The notes under the pieces are model-generated. The model did not search any database. It worked only from the letters and a program-made list of their open reading frames with translations, and was not told the DNA's origin. Positions 46,483 to 62,119 of a stretch of DNA of 64,000 nt are shown piece by piece. The number at the start of each line of letters is the position of its first letter. Position 1 is the stretch's first letter. The DNA is from the human T2T-CHM13v2.0 reference genome, Homo sapiens. Position numbers and translations under genes: made by a program. Where the stretch lies: the NCBI RefSeq assembly GCF_009914755.1, contig NC_060941.1; one strand, written 5' to 3'.

Positions 46483-46673
46483 CCACGGGTGTCCAACTCT
46501 TTAAATGTGAGGACATTTTTTGCTTATCTGTGATGGTGGATATCATGAAAATTATGCACAAACCTTTTTTTCTTAAATAGCTCATCAGCTATCGTTAGTG
46601 TATTTTATGCATAGCTCAGGACAATTTTTCTTCTTCCAGTGTGGCCCAGGGAAGCCAAAAGGTTGGAACCCAG
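46483..46673. mobile_element. MER30-like hAT MITE
   Basis: GGGTGTCCAA.../...TTGGAACCC inverted termini; internal AGCTCATCAGCTATCGTTAGTGT. Confidence 0.75.
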
Positions 46674-47919
46674 AATTCTAGAACTATTTGGGGAGGGGAT
46701 GGTGGTGAGCCAAAGGCAGCAAGAAGATTTATGGGTCCTCAGAGTCACCATGGTAATGGTGGACTCAGGCACTCCTCCGTCCCTGTTGCTGGTCCCACTA
46801 CATTGATAGTGTCATGGTATCACTCCTACTAATGGATTTGTGGACATTGGTGAGACTGAGTAACGATCTCAAAAACTCCCCAAATGAATCCCCAAAAACC
46901 TGGTACAAAGCCAATTATCATAACATATAGAAATTAACATGAGATAATTTCTGTGTTGAACAATTTCATAATTAGATAAATGGTGCTAACAGATCTCAAC
47001 CAAATTATGAAGGCATTTGTAAACCATCAGGGGGCAGTGACTATTCACTTTTCCTCTAGAATTGGATGGGCAATGTCCCTTGTTTCTATTCTATAATGTT
47101 ATTTTGGAATGTAGAAAACAAGCAGCCTTAGCTATTGAAATGATTTTTAAAGTTCTAAATATTTAGAGTTATATACTGCTTTCAAAGTTTACCAGTCATA
47201 GTGAAAATTATACTCCTGGGTTTATTACATAGTATATAATATACACTTGCTATATGATATAGCATGAGTTCGAAATGGTTAAAAATATATACCTCTTTCA
47301 AAAGTCCAGTTCAGCCCGCAAGGGGACTCAGGCTGAGATCCGGCTGTACCTTGCAGGCCTGGCAGGGCAGAGCTGCAGGAAGGTTAAAAGCAGGCAGCAG
47401 CAACCAACCACATGTTGAAAACCAGACTCTAATCTCAACTGGCAGGCTCTCTATCACCTTTCTGTCTTGGTTCAGCACAGTTTAAACCAGGTTGGAGAAA
47501 GATACAAAGTCATCCTGAAGATGACTGGAAACACAGGGAGACAAGTGGGCTGGCTTGAAGGTATCATTTGTAGGGGACGGTCAAGTTTAAGAACTTAATC
47601 GATTATTTTCAAATCTGCTCTGAAATTGCACTATGTTGAGGCTTTGTGAACTCTGTGCTAGACTTTGAGGGTCTCTAAGAGCAACCTCTCTTGAGGAAAG
47701 AGGGCACACAGAAGCTGTACTTGCAGTCGGCTGGTGGATACTAAGGGGATATAGCCAAATAAGACCTTTAATTTTGTTATAAAAAGTACACCAAAAGTTC
47801 ATAGATAAATGTTTATTTCAAGTTAAGTATTGTCACTTTAATTTTGAAAACTGATTTGCTTATATTTGTTCATATTTTGAAAATGAAGATGAAATTTAAA
47901 AGGTAAACATAAAAGACTG

Positions 47920-48615
47920 ACCACACCGCTCACTAGGATGGCTTTAATAAAAACACAGACAATGCCAAGTGCCAATGAGGATATGGAGAAACTGGAACTC
48001 TCACATGTTCCTGGTGGCAATGTCAAATGGTGCAGTCTCTTTAAAAATGTTTAACAGAATTACCGTATGACCCAGCAATTTTACCTCTAGGTAGCTACCT
48101 AAGAAAAATGAAAACATATGTTCTCACCATAACTTGTACATGAGTGTTCATAGCAGCATTAATTACAATGGCCAAAAAGTAGAAAAAAATCCATATCCAT
48201 TCACTGATGAATGGATAAACAGAACGTGACACATATTTAATATTATGGAATATTATTTGGCCATAAAAAGGAATGAAGTACTTATATGTGCTAGAATCTG
48301 GATGAACCTTGAATATATTATGCTAAAAGAAAGAACCGTCAGGGAGGACCACATATTATATGATTCCATTCACACGAAATGTCTAGAATACGCAAATACA
48401 TAGAGACAGAAAGTAGATTAGTGCTTGCCAGGGGCTGAGGGGAAATGGCAGGTGACTGCTAATGGGTATGGAGTTTCTTTTGGGGTGAGGAAAATGTTCT
48501 AAAATTGATTATGATAATAATTGCATAAAGTGAATATACTAAAAACACTAAATTGTACACTTCCAATGGGTACATTGAATGGTATGTGAATTATATCTCA
48601 TTTGTTTCAAAAAAA
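47920..48615 (+). mobile_element. L1M 3' fragment
   Basis: GTATGACCCAGCAATT, GATGAATGGATAAAC and TGTGAATTATATCTCA motifs. Confidence 0.85.
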
Positions 48616-49131
48616 GAATGAGTAGATAAACAAGCAAATATATAAAGGACTGACAAAATCAGGAGCCTAGAAATGCCCTCCCCTTTGGGTTTACAATTCA
48701 TACTACCGTTTAGTGATAAAATGCTGGATGTACACTCATGGTTCCTCGGGATTCAACTTTTGCTTATAAAGTTCAATGTAAAATCACAAACCAGTGGTAT
48801 CAAATCAACCAAAAGAAACTGTAACCTTGGAAAGTACAGACTTTTCACACTGTAACTATAACTTTAAGGCAATCATTCAAGTTGGGTGAAGAAGTCGCAG
48901 ACAGGGACACCCAGCAGGGGGAGAAGTAACTTCTTGAATGGTACCCTTCCACGGTGTGACCATTCCGTACGGTGCTGTTAAGTATTTCACGTTCCTCAGT
49001 TGTGTTGGGGAAGAAAAATTGAGAACGAGTATTCTTCTAATATTTCTAAAAACATCAGCATAGCTACTGCTTAACTACGATTAAAATCAACTTGGGAAAA
49101 GCAGCACTGAAGATTGTGTGCACAGTGGACA

Positions 49132-49149
49132 CATGCAGTACGACATGCA
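49132..49149 (-). promoter_or_regulatory. Tandem UGCAUG (RBFOX) elements, likely the core of the known distal downstream intronic enhancer for N30
   Basis: Minus strand reads TGCATGtcgtacTGCATG, about 1.55 kb downstream of N30, in line with the described position of the enhancer. Confidence 0.85.
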
Positions 49150-49269
49150 AATCGGCAATGACCGGGAAGCATGGCCCAAAGAAGCTGCTGCCTTCTTTGG
49201 GAGAACCTGCTTCCCAGGGATTGATTTGACTCAAAGTAAAATCTAGGTGGGGGTAGGCATGCTACTCAC

Positions 49270-49287
49270 ATACAACAGGGATCCACT
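49270..49287 (-). CDS. MYH10: MYH10 alternative 18-nt microexon (R18), SGSLLY
   Basis: ctacag|AGTGGATCCCTGTTGTAT|gtgagt; together with N30 it gives the known 16-aa insert QESPKPVKHQSGSLLY. Confidence 0.9.
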
Positions 49288-50034
49288 CTGTAGTTTAAAA
49301 TGACATCGAAACAAAATGTTAACAACAATGATTTATGTGTTCCATAGGGAATTTGGAAAACCTAAATCTGTGTATTAATTGCTTAACATTATTTCAATAG
49401 CGACACAAGTACAAATTAAAAGGACATTTAGCAAGTACCTCTAAAGCATAAAGAAAAACTGGTTTCTGGTCCAGATTTTCCTTCTTTAATTGGCAAAGAA
49501 GCTTTTAAATACCCTACAGGATAATGACTATTTCATTTACCCTCTTCATTTGTATCACTGGTCTATTCTGCAGCTAAAGGAGCAAAAGGACATCATAGGC
49601 CTTCATAGGTACAGTACAGCTTGGGTGGCTGGCAATCTCTTAAGAATCTTAAGTAAGGTATCTTAAAATCTCAGTGTCTATGACAATTCCTTAGATATTT
49701 ATGATTATTTCTTTATATTAACAGATCATTTCCATAACTCGATATTATTGTTTCTTGCTTTATATCAGCTTTATATCATTATGTTTGTGGAAGACCAACC
49801 AAAACCATTCCCATGCTAGGGAAAGGATTAAATCCAAGTATAGATGTCCTACTCTATCCAAGGTATCTGGCTCAGGTCTGCCCTCCTTCTCCTCCCAGGT
49901 AGTGAGAAATGGAGGTCATGCTATGATTCTTGCTTTTTTCACTGCTATGGTCTGTGGAGCTAAAAGGCAGGCATCTGATAACTAGGAAGAATAACAGTCT
50001 TCCACTACTTGCCCAGCATTAAGAAAATTGTAAT

Positions 50035-50199
50035 TGATTTTATTTTACTTATTTATAGAGATGAGGTCTTGCTCCGTTGCCCAGGCTGGAGCACAGTTGT
50101 GTGATCATAGCTCACTGCAGCCTCAAATACCTGGGCTCAGGCCTTCTGTCTCAGCCTCCCAAACAGCTGGGACTATAGGTGCATACCACTGTGCCCAGC
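50035..50199 (-). mobile_element. Alu right monomer (FRAM-like), between N30 and R18
   Basis: Single Alu arm with T-rich tail. Confidence 0.8.
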
Positions 50200-50700
50200 T
50201 CTAATTTATTTTATATATTAAATATAATTGGGCCTTTGGTTTAAAACACATACAGGCATAAACTATGCCATGCCATAAAACTTTAACAGATCAGAAATTT
50301 GTTAGCTCTAAAGGTATAATTTTTAAAGGGGCAGCCCCAAATTCAAAATGTAGTGTAGGGCACAAAGCTAGGTTTCCATGTGTCTGATAAGTATTAAAAT
50401 AATTCCACCTAGTAAATGACATATGAAACCATAATTTATAGGCTTCATAAACATGCAGTTCAATGTCATGATAAAAGGGCAAATAAATATTAAAATTTAT
50501 TGAGAAAACAAATTTAAAGCAAAACGGCATGCGCTTCTCAAGAAAGAATAAGGCTCTAAGCAATAAATTTTCAAAATTAACATTTTTTAATGACAGATTT
50601 CACTTAGAACTAGTGGCATTTGATTCTAGCAGAGACTCAATCTACAGACAGAAATTAGTGCAAACACTCAAGACTAAGAAGCATAAAGAAGAGCACTTGC

Positions 50701-50730
50701 CTGGTGTTTCACTGGTTTAGGCGATTCCTG
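50701..50730 (-). CDS. MYH10: MYH10 alternative neural microexon N30/B1, QESPKPVKHQ (loop 1 insert)
   Basis: gaacag|CAGGAATCGCCTAAACCAGTGAAACACCAG|gcaagt; 30 nt, phase 0; matches the known 10-aa insert. Confidence 0.95.
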
Positions 50731-51269
50731 CTGTTCATTACAAACAGACAAATGCAAATGTTAGCAAGTTTGAGTCTTTGCCTAGCAGTAAGCCATTTCC
50801 AAAGCACCAAGCCAATGTGCAGTTGAGAACTGTGGAAGCTGGGTTGGCTGGCGTTCTCTCAGGCTGTATTAACTACCACTTCTGCATGTCTAAAAATTAA
50901 GGAGAACTGACATTTCTATTCTTGCCCTTTTTCTGTCATCACTTCTTCCCATATCTCTACCCTCCCCTCAAGCTGCTGTGGGTAGTAGCAAGAGGCTACT
51001 GCAAGTTCAGAAAGAACTGCTGAACAATTCTCAGCAAATCTTTGCAAGAAATTAGGCATCAAGCCACAACCATAATTCCAGTTTGCCCTGTCAGAAAACC
51101 TCTTTAACAGCAATTTCCTTGTATCCTAGCCTCTGGGGTGGAAAAAAGCATTGCTGGGTAGGTGGCGGGGAGCAGGTGGAGACAAGGGAGCTGTCAGTTA
51201 TAGCAGTGTGGAGAGTAGACTGGCTTCCTTATTTTTGTTTCTGAAATTATAAAAGAAGAAGAAGATTTA

Positions 51270-51455
<186 letters not shown>

Positions 51456-51593
51456 TTACAACTGATAAAATTAAATTGTATTGGAACAATAATTAATAAA
51501 AATAAAAAGAATAAATAGAAAAAATAACTATCAGCAGTAGTTAGAAAAGAAAATCATCCTTGTAAGAGGTATTAAATAATAAACCCAAATAAT

Positions 51594-51888
51594 TCTTTTT
51601 TTTCTTTGAGACAGAGTCTCACTCTGCTGCCCGAGCTGGAGTGCAGTGGCGCGATCTTGGCTCACTGCAACGTCTGTCTCCCGGCTTCAAGGAATTTTTG
51701 TGCCTCAGCCTCCTAAGTAGCTGGGATTACATGCACACACCACCATGCCCGGCTAATTCTTATATTTTTAGTAGAGATGGGGTTTCACCATGTTGGCCAG
51801 GCTGGTCTCGAACTCCTGGCCTCAAGTGATCTGCTCACCTTGGCCTTTTAAAGCACTGGGATTACGGGCCTGAGCCACTGTGCCCAGC
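51594..51888 (-). mobile_element. AluS
   Basis: Dimer flanked by AACCCAAATA repeats. Confidence 0.93.
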
Positions 51889-52229
51889 CAACCCAAATAT
51901 TTCTTGATAGATGCCAGTAAGAGGACACAGGAAAATGTTCACGACACTCTTTTTTCCCTTGGGGGTGGGGGGGTTCTACCAGAGAAGTGAAATTTATTAG
52001 AACATTCATGAAGAAAACTCCTCAGTACCATAAACATATCTGGCACTGCAAACAGAGAATCCCTAAAACAATTAAATTAATATGATTTAATCTGAAGCAG
52101 CTGAAAGAACTCTGAGATGCCTGCTGGTATTGATACTCATCTTCAAAGCCACTGAAAGCTTTCTCAGATCCCCCTCTCAGAGCAGGCTAGTGACGATTCA
52201 CTTCCTGGTGCCAGTGTTGTGCCTCATAG

Positions 52230-52557
<328 letters not shown>

Positions 52558-53062
52558 TGTGTTTTGTTTCTTTTTAATCCTTGTAACTTTTTCCAGTGTT
52601 GACACATAGGCAGACGTAATTTGTTGTCAAAATGAGTAAATACTATGAATTTTGTTGTGAATGAGGACAAATGCCACCATTTTAAATGATTCATATTTAC
52701 AAGCAAGGCTGGCACATTTCAAAAGTTTTCATTTCTACTCACTACTAGGCTTGAAATTCAGACAAGCTGCTACACACACAGCGAGACCTGAATTACGGCC
52801 TCTGCTCAAACACTGAAGCTCCCCTAAGACGTGATCAAAGCAAACCTAACTTTACAGTCAACAAAATTCTCAATTTGGATTATAAGAAAAATTTCAATAT
52901 CTAATTAATTTTTCTTTAAAAAAAACACCCCAAACTCAAAAATGTTATTATATACCTTGCCAACGAATAATCCTCTAAGCATTTAATCTAAGGATTGAAA
53001 ATCTAATTTTTCTAACAAAGCTGGACTCTTTCTTGGAATTGTACTTAGAATTGCACTATTTG

Positions 53063-53350
<288 letters not shown>

Positions 53351-53988
53351 ATTGTACTATTTGAAGTGTCCAAAACTTAAATTTTTTGGTAGTTTACTGA
53401 AAAATTACTGGTTGCATTATCTTCTTAACTCTGCACCCAGATAACCACAAACTCAACCGCAGGGAAGACTGGGTGAAGGAACCCTAGTGACCAACTGTTT
53501 GCCTCAGTAAAGAAATTTTCTTCTCTGGGCCTCAGTATCCCAAATCTGTAAAATGCAGGCATTGGATTAGATCCTTTCTAGCTCCAAGAGCTGACAATTC
53601 TAGATATAACCCACTTAATGGTTTATAAGACTATTTCCTATGTGAAGCTTATTAACCACCCCTCATGTTATCGTAACATTAGTTCCCTTCTGATTTGCCA
53701 CCCACAAGTGTTTGAATCTTAGGTACTCCAATCTACCAAACTTTTATTTTAAGGTTTCTGCCCACTATTCATGCTAAAAGAGGCCTTTCTGGCAACCAAG
53801 ATTACATCAATCTGTACTCTCATTTTTATATCATCTGTATTATTAAATCCATCTGTTGTTTTCTTTTACAACTTTGATAGCTTCACTTTTTACAGCTGAA
53901 TCTTCAACCTGAAAAAAATTTTATGATTTCAGGTAAGAATTTAATCTAATTGTTTCCCCTAGATGATTCAGCCCACCTCCCAATATCA

Positions 53989-54195
<207 letters not shown>

Positions 54196-54764
54196 GTTAT
54201 CTTTTTCTTATTCCCCATACCTGTGGCATACTTCCAAGCCAGCACCATATTCAGTCGTTCTGAAACGTGACTAACCAGAGCACCCACCATCATCCTTCTT
54301 TTTGAAAAGAGCAAAAAGAAATCAAGTAGACGCTGAGGTTTTTTTTTTAGGTAAACTTCAAATAGTTTTTTTCTGTTATCTCTTCCCCATCTCCCTGCCT
54401 CCCAAATAAAAAACGACAGGTAGAATTTTGAGTTAAGTGGTATCAATATTCATCTTATTTTTTTTTTTTTTAGGAGAAATGATGTCTTCATCCCTGTGTC
54501 TCCCAGGTATAAGTTTTGTATTTTTCTAAGTTCAAAACAAGCAAGGATCATGTTTGCCTTATTTATCCTTAAAATCATAGTGCCTGGCAGAGTTAAGTGC
54601 TTGATATAGACTGCTGAGTCAATGAATGAATGTAGGTCCTACGTATTTTTAAAGTTTACTCCTAGGCTCTTTTTAATAATTTTTGTTCCTATCAATCTCT
54701 TTTCATCACCATTATATTTTCTACCTGGCTACTATTGGCACATAGATAAGAAAATAGTTTCTAT

Positions 54765-55280
54765 TCATTCATTCAATCACTTATTCTTTCAACAAACATT
54801 TGCAAATCAACTTCTATGTGTCAGGCATTCTTCTGAGTGCTAGGGATAGTGTGTCAATAGAGTCCATGTCCTTGTGGGGTGCAAGGTTAGAAGAACATAC
54901 ATAAAATAAATAAGAACAGATAAAGATTATTAGATTATAAGGATATAAGGAATGCTGCAAAAGACACTAAAAGGAAAAAGAGAAGGAAGGACAGCCCCTC
55001 CTCTAGATATGAAGGTCAGGGGAAAGGCTCTTGAAAGATGAGCAAGAACTGGCAAGTGAAGAGCTGGGGAATGTGTTCAGGAAGATGGAGAGGTACATGC
55101 AAAGACCCCAAAGCAGAAAAGAGCTTGGCATAGTCCAGGGACTGATGGCCAGGTGCCAGGATTTGATATAAATAACAATCAGGGGAGGGAGTGGCGAGAG
55201 AGGCAGATGGAGCAGGAAGGGGAGGGGTGCCATGGACCCTGGAGGTCATGGTAAAGAATCTGGGTTTTATTCAAGTGTAA
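54765..55280 (-). mobile_element. L2 3' fragment
   Basis: (ATTC)n tail followed by CAACAAACATTT and a purine-rich body. Confidence 0.6.
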
Positions 55281-58200
55281 TTTCTTAATAGCTATGACAG
55301 TGGTCTCTCTGTTTTGTTCTTAACAGTATTAGAAATACTGAGTGTTTCCATATTAATCGTGATGTTGGTTGTTGGTTTCAAAAAGATAATTTCTTATTAC
55401 ACCAAGAAATGGGCCTCTTTTTCAGACTGATGATGACTTGTCTCAAATATAGTTATGATTGTTACTTTCCAGCCTGGTTTGTCTCTGTGGTTTCCCAGCT
55501 AACCGCCTCAATGGACATGCTTCAACGTGTCCTTAAAGCATTTTTTCCTGCCTGTCACACTTAGGCAGCCATACTTCAACAATTGCTTATGAGCTGTGCT
55601 ACATTTTACATATTTCGGGTCTAAGGTAACTCTGCTATAGAAAATATGGCTTCAAAGATAGATACATTCAAAACCTTACTGTTGAGCTCCCAAGAGGATA
55701 GATTATGGGTCTTATATTGCCCACTATAAAATGGGGATAATAGCTCCTAATACATAGGGTTGTTGAAGAAAAAATACAGCTCAACTAAAGCATATAGATG
55801 ACATTCAATAAACATTATCCATTACTGTCCACTCATATATTCATCCACTATACATGAGGTGATTTGAATTACTAAACTTTATGAATCAATAGTTAGGACA
55901 GTGGTTAAGAACCTGAGCTACAGAATCAAAATGACCTACCTAGATTCAAATCCTTCTGCCACTCCCTAGCTATGGAGCTTTAGGCAAGTTACTCAGTTCT
56001 CTGAGGCTCAGTTTATATGCCTTTAAAATGAGACTTCATAGGACTGAGATAATGCGGGAAAGGGCCTAGCACTGTCCTCGCCAAAAGGCTCTCAATAAAT
56101 GGTAGTGGTGATACCAATAGTTATGATAATGATCAATGATGATGATGATGAAGATGGTAATGGAAATTTTTAAAATCTGATTTTAATGAAGGAGGTGGCA
56201 GGATCAAAGGAGTATAAATCTTGGAAAAATAGAAAAAACAATGAGAAATGGCACATCTGTCCCAGATGGAAACAGAGGAGGTAACTAAAAGCAGCTTGAA
56301 CAAAAGCAGAGGGAAGAGAGCCAAAAAGAAAGCTCAGCAGACTTCTCTCTAAGAAAATTAGGAGACTCCTCAGAAAAGTGAACAACAGGCCAAGACCTCA
56401 AAGAGTGAGGGCAAAGGGAATCTGACCTCATTTCCATCAACAAAATGAGATGTTAACAGTGAAGCAGTCTTACACTTTAAGTGGCTGGTTATTTCACTGC
56501 TGGTCTAAGACAGGACTATGGTTAAGGGGAAAGGCTGCAGTCCCAGCATCGTGCTCTTTTGGAGAAGAAATCCTTCAAAGAGAGTGGTAGAAGTATAAAG
56601 CTAACAAGAACAAAGCAAGGAGGCTTCTAGCTGGAGGTGTCCTGCATCTGTTGAAGCACATTCGGACACAAAAGATCAGGAGTTTCTAAACATGAACATG
56701 TTTGCGTTTCCTCAATAGGTCTACAGCTTTGGCTTCTCAAAGGGATGTGCAATCCAAAACAAAAACATAAAAAACAACAGCCTAAAGAAGCAGTGATGCA
56801 GATCATTAATACGTGACCAATTCTGAGACCTTTGAATTCCTTCTGGACCATGGGGATTTCCCCAATGAGAAACCCCTTTTTCAGATCTTTATTGGTAAAA
56901 ATATTGGTATTTTATTTTGTCTGGATATTTGTAACACTGAATTCAGCCTAGCTTCAAAAATCACCCTCTGCTTGAAGTTCTTGTTTTAGATAACCTCGAT
57001 TTGAAAAACACCAGATACATATTACCCCCTATATTATCTATACCTATGCAAACATATAACATTAGTAGATGACTTCCTACAGTTTCCAAACTCTCTTTAG
57101 AGAACAGCTTACTGGGAAGAGCAGAGATTTTGTGATCAACATAGGCTTGGACTCAAGTCTCCCCTATCGCACTGGCACTACCTCATCAGGTCTTGGATAA
57201 TGTGACAGTAAATGGACATAACAGAGGTATTGCAAAGATTAACGGAGAGAACACTTCCAAAGACATGTTCACTTTCCTTGCATATTTGCCTAGAACATTT
57301 TACATTTCTATTTACAAGTTGATTTGATACTTCTTTTTCTTCCATAACATAGATGTCATCGAAAGTGAGACACACATCTAATAATTCCCAAAGTTTTAGG
57401 ACTTGAGGATATCTAAAATAGAGTCATTAGAAAAGCAAATTGACTAAATAGTTAACTAAATAATACCTTTTTTTTTTTAACAAGAGGAAAGGCATACAAA
57501 TTCATTTAACATGAGCGTGGGGAGAATCACAGACTGATAGCCCCCCTAAATAGTTATTCTCATATGGCAATAGGGTTCAGAGAGGCTGACAATCTGATCC
57601 AGAATCACATAGTTCATGGCAGAGCTGGGAGAAGAAAGAACACCAGAGTTCTATCTGACCACACAATGTTTTTTCAACTACATTACACTGTTGCCTTCGC
57701 TGTTTAATCAATTCTATCAATTTAGCTGCCTTAAAACTTTTAACGCATGTTATTCCTAGCAGGAATCAACTGTTCTCAATCCTGGCTGGCTGGCTATCAT
57801 TACTTAATGTAATATTTGTATATAATAGATAAGATTCCTTTACAAAAACATCGACTGTCACATCTTAATAGGCCATTGTGAGGCAACCATTATTTTATAA
57901 TTTTTACATTATACTCAAATATACTCAAAAGGAGAAAACCAACTTGCCTAAAGCAGTTAGAGTCATAAAACATAAACAGAGTATTCTTTAAAAGGGGGGT
58001 TTAAGAGAACAGAGTAATTTCCTCATCAAGGGTGACTGCTTTGTGAATTTTAATTCTGATGAGAAGGAAAATCAACATGAGGATTACACTGTAGCAGGAT
58101 TTCACCTCCAGTTCTATGGGGGTGCAAGTGTGAAAGACCACTCTCTCCTGAGAGAGGATGCATGCAGCCTGAGTGTCTTCACCACACACGAGAATACTAG

Positions 58201-58368
58201 GATACTCAGATAAACAAGCATTAAACAGGCGGCTTGCAAGTGGGAGCTCACAAGGCCTGGCCTGAGTTTGCAGAAACAAAAGGTTACCTGGGGAACTATG
58301 GGCAGATAAGGCCAGAGTGTAAATTAAGAAGTATATCCTTTTGGGGGAAAAGCAAATTACAGAATAAA

Positions 58369-58814
58369 TGACTGAAAAAGTGAAATGCTGACCTAAAGGA
58401 AGATGCTGAGGCAAAATTAATATAGAAAGTGTATTTGGGCCAAGGTTGAAGCCAGCTGCCCAGGACACACTTCAACTTGCCTTGGGCCTTTTTTACAAGC
58501 AGTTTTTAAAGGAAAGAGGGTACAAAGAGTGGGCTGATACAAAGCTGTGTGACAGGAATTCTCACTGGTTTACAGAGATAACATTGATTAGTGATTGGAT
58601 ACACACTGTTGAACCACAGGGGTGAGTTATAGTGTCTAGTGTATGGCATTTTTTGGCTACTTGGCATCAGTCTAGAGCACACTTAACAGGTGGCTTTAAG
58701 AGGTAATTATCTAGTTCAAGGAGGGAGTGAAACTGTTGTTTCCGTCCAATGCCTCTCTGGGCCTGATAATTTAAAGGGGCTTGCATTCCTCACATAAAAA
58801 GGCTTTCTTTCTCA
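58369..58814 (-). mobile_element. ERV1 MER4-group-like solo LTR
   Basis: TGA...TCA termini and TATTTGGGCCAAG motif; family uncertain. Confidence 0.55.
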
Positions 58815-58889
58815 AAAGCTTAAGGAGATGCTATCAAACTACTTAATACTGATTAAGAAATAATAATAAAACCATGTTGCATCTAGTTG

Positions 58890-59465
<576 letters not shown>

Positions 59466-62119
59466 TGAGCATGGGGAGAATCACAGAGTGACTGCCCCTA
59501 AATAGTTATCTTATGCAGAAAACTTAATTAGCTTGGCGGTGGACTAAGTTTATGAAGACCCCACTCACACACACTTGGAGTACTGTATTTGGTGGATCCT
59601 CAAAGGCACCATGGAACATATCATATTTTCCTAAATCTAAGATACATTGTTTAACTTTTTCATATTTTTCAGGGCACAATGTAACTTTATAATAGACATG
59701 AACATGAAAAGCTGTTACTAAATATCAGTGGTATCTAAAAAATTTTAAACTATAATGAGGCTGAGAGAGGTGGAGGTAGATAAGTACGGGGGGACAGGAG
59801 AAGGAACTTTCTGGGGTGATGGTATTATTGTCTACATCTGGATAACGGTTTGGGTTATACAAGGACTTAGGAAATGAATAATTAAGGTTTGTGCATTTAA
59901 TTCTAAGTAAATTTTGTTTCAAAAGAAAAAGATGAAAATACTGGGCTTCAGTTAACACTATATGCTTAAGTACTTAGGGGACAGTGTACTGATGTCTATC
60001 TACAATTGAACTTGAAATGCATCAAATGAAGGGATTAATAGCCCACTAAAGTGGTATGAAAATCACTTTAAACTGAAAACATCTCAGCAGCCACATAAGG
60101 AAACATCATCTAAACTTTAGCAGGACCCCCCAGTATATGCAGCTGCCACTGACCCCTCCCAGGGAGGTTCCCAGATTGAGAAAAGCATGCCCTTTAGCAC
60201 CGAACAGAGTGAACCCAGCTGTTCATCAGCATCAAATAGACCAAGAGAACCCTCCATACTTTCCCACTGAAGCCTTAAACTTCACAGGACCCTTTTGTCA
60301 GGGAGAGGATATATGCCTTTTATTTCTATAATTCCATGAGACACTCATCACTGAGTACACTTGTGTAAATAAGTCTTATCTTTTCTCTGTTAATCTGTCT
60401 ATTGTCAGTTAACTTGCAGGTCCCCTGAGCCCAAGTTGCAAGAGGAAAAGTTTTCCTCCCAACATAAACAGTATAAGAAGGACTGATGGATGACAGACAG
60501 GATAAAGCAAGTACAGTGAAATATTAACAGTAGAATCTAGGTGGTAGACACATGGCTGTTCACTGCAAAATTCTTTCAACTGTGCTTTATGTCTGAAAAT
60601 ATTCATAATAAAATGGAAAAAGCAATTTAAAAAAGAATGGAAGAAAACAAACATGGTACTTGATGACTGCCCCTTTGTACCCAAGAAGAGATAAACCCAG
60701 GTGCTAGAAGACTTACCTCATAAATCCAAGTCTATTAATTGGTGACAAAGTACAAACTAAAATGGTGTCGATCATCTAATCATAAGTGCTAGCGTCTGTA
60801 CTGGCCACTTTGGGTAACAAAATAAGTACTCACGAACTTTTGTTCTGTCAAACAGCAAGTCATTCCCTCCCTAAGTGCTTCCTGCTTTCAGACGTTCCCA
60901 AAAGTCTTCATCAAACCACTTCATCTAAGAGAAGGTACAAGTCTCCACCTGGTTTTGTTTGTATTCCAACACATCCACGGTGGATCAGCTAAAGTAATGG
61001 CTCCAATTGTTTCATGCCTCACTTTATGATGTTTCCCACCTGACTCATGCCATGCCTTGCCATGTCTTGCTTGGGAATGGGACAGCAGAATGTGACACAA
61101 GCAGAAACTTGAACAATGCTTACACACTGGAGCTTGCCCTCTTGCTGCTGTTGAACGCTGCTACCACGTTAAAAGCCAGGGCTAGACTGCCAGAGAAAGA
61201 GACACCAAGTGGAGAAGAAACCAAGGCACCCCCACCAACAGTCAGCCAGCCATCCCACAGTTGTCCGTAGACGCAGCAGTGAGCCTCCAATAAGAAAGCT
61301 GAGCCTGGCCCAGATCTGCAGAACTGCCCAGCTGAGCCCAATCCAACTGCTGGGAAACCTGTAGAACCGTGCTGATTTGAGCCACTAAGTTTCAGCGTGA
61401 TTTGCTGTTCAGGAAAAGCTAATTTATATAACTCCTCAAGGCTAAACAATGCTAGCAAAAAATTCATATAACAAAGCCGACTGACTAACTCTCATCTCCT
61501 CAAACCTCCTATCCTGCCACTCCTCCCCTTTCTTATTAAATACCAAGTCTTCTACTTCATAGAAAAGAGAAACCATTAGATTAGAATTTTCTCAATTCAC
61601 AGCTCCCCACCCCTACTTACCCGCATTGGTACTCATCTGCCTCCTTGGCCCGTCACTGGAGAAGAGTCGCGCCCCCCACTAGGACCTCACTGTGCCCAGA
61701 CACCCAACCCCTGTGCTCTGCACCTCATCACCCTCCTTGCTCTCTCAATTCTCCTTCCTGCCCAAATCCAAGCCACTCCCAAAATGTTATCTTCCTCTCA
61801 TCAGCACTGAATCTCACCCACACTAAAAACACCAAAAACAAAAATCCTATTGATCTCTTACCACCACTCAACTACTCTCCACCTTCCCAAACTATCTGAA
61901 AGTAGCAGGTTCATACTTGAGTTTTCTAAAAATTGTATTTTATTTTTGACATTTTCACCTCCCCTTCATGCCTCAACTGCCACCTGGCTTCTCTACCTCT
62001 TCGCTATCCCCAGTCTACTCCAGCACCCTCCACTCTCTATTGCTGGGTCCAGTGGGCACGCTGCTGCTCATCTCATCCACTCAATCTGAAGTGCTGACCC
62101 CTCCCTCTGTCCCGAAATG

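Noticed and set aside
58001-58468. Longest ORF in the track (155 aa)
   Set aside because: It overlaps LTR-like sequence and has no recognisable domain or splice context; its length is compatible with chance in 64 kb.
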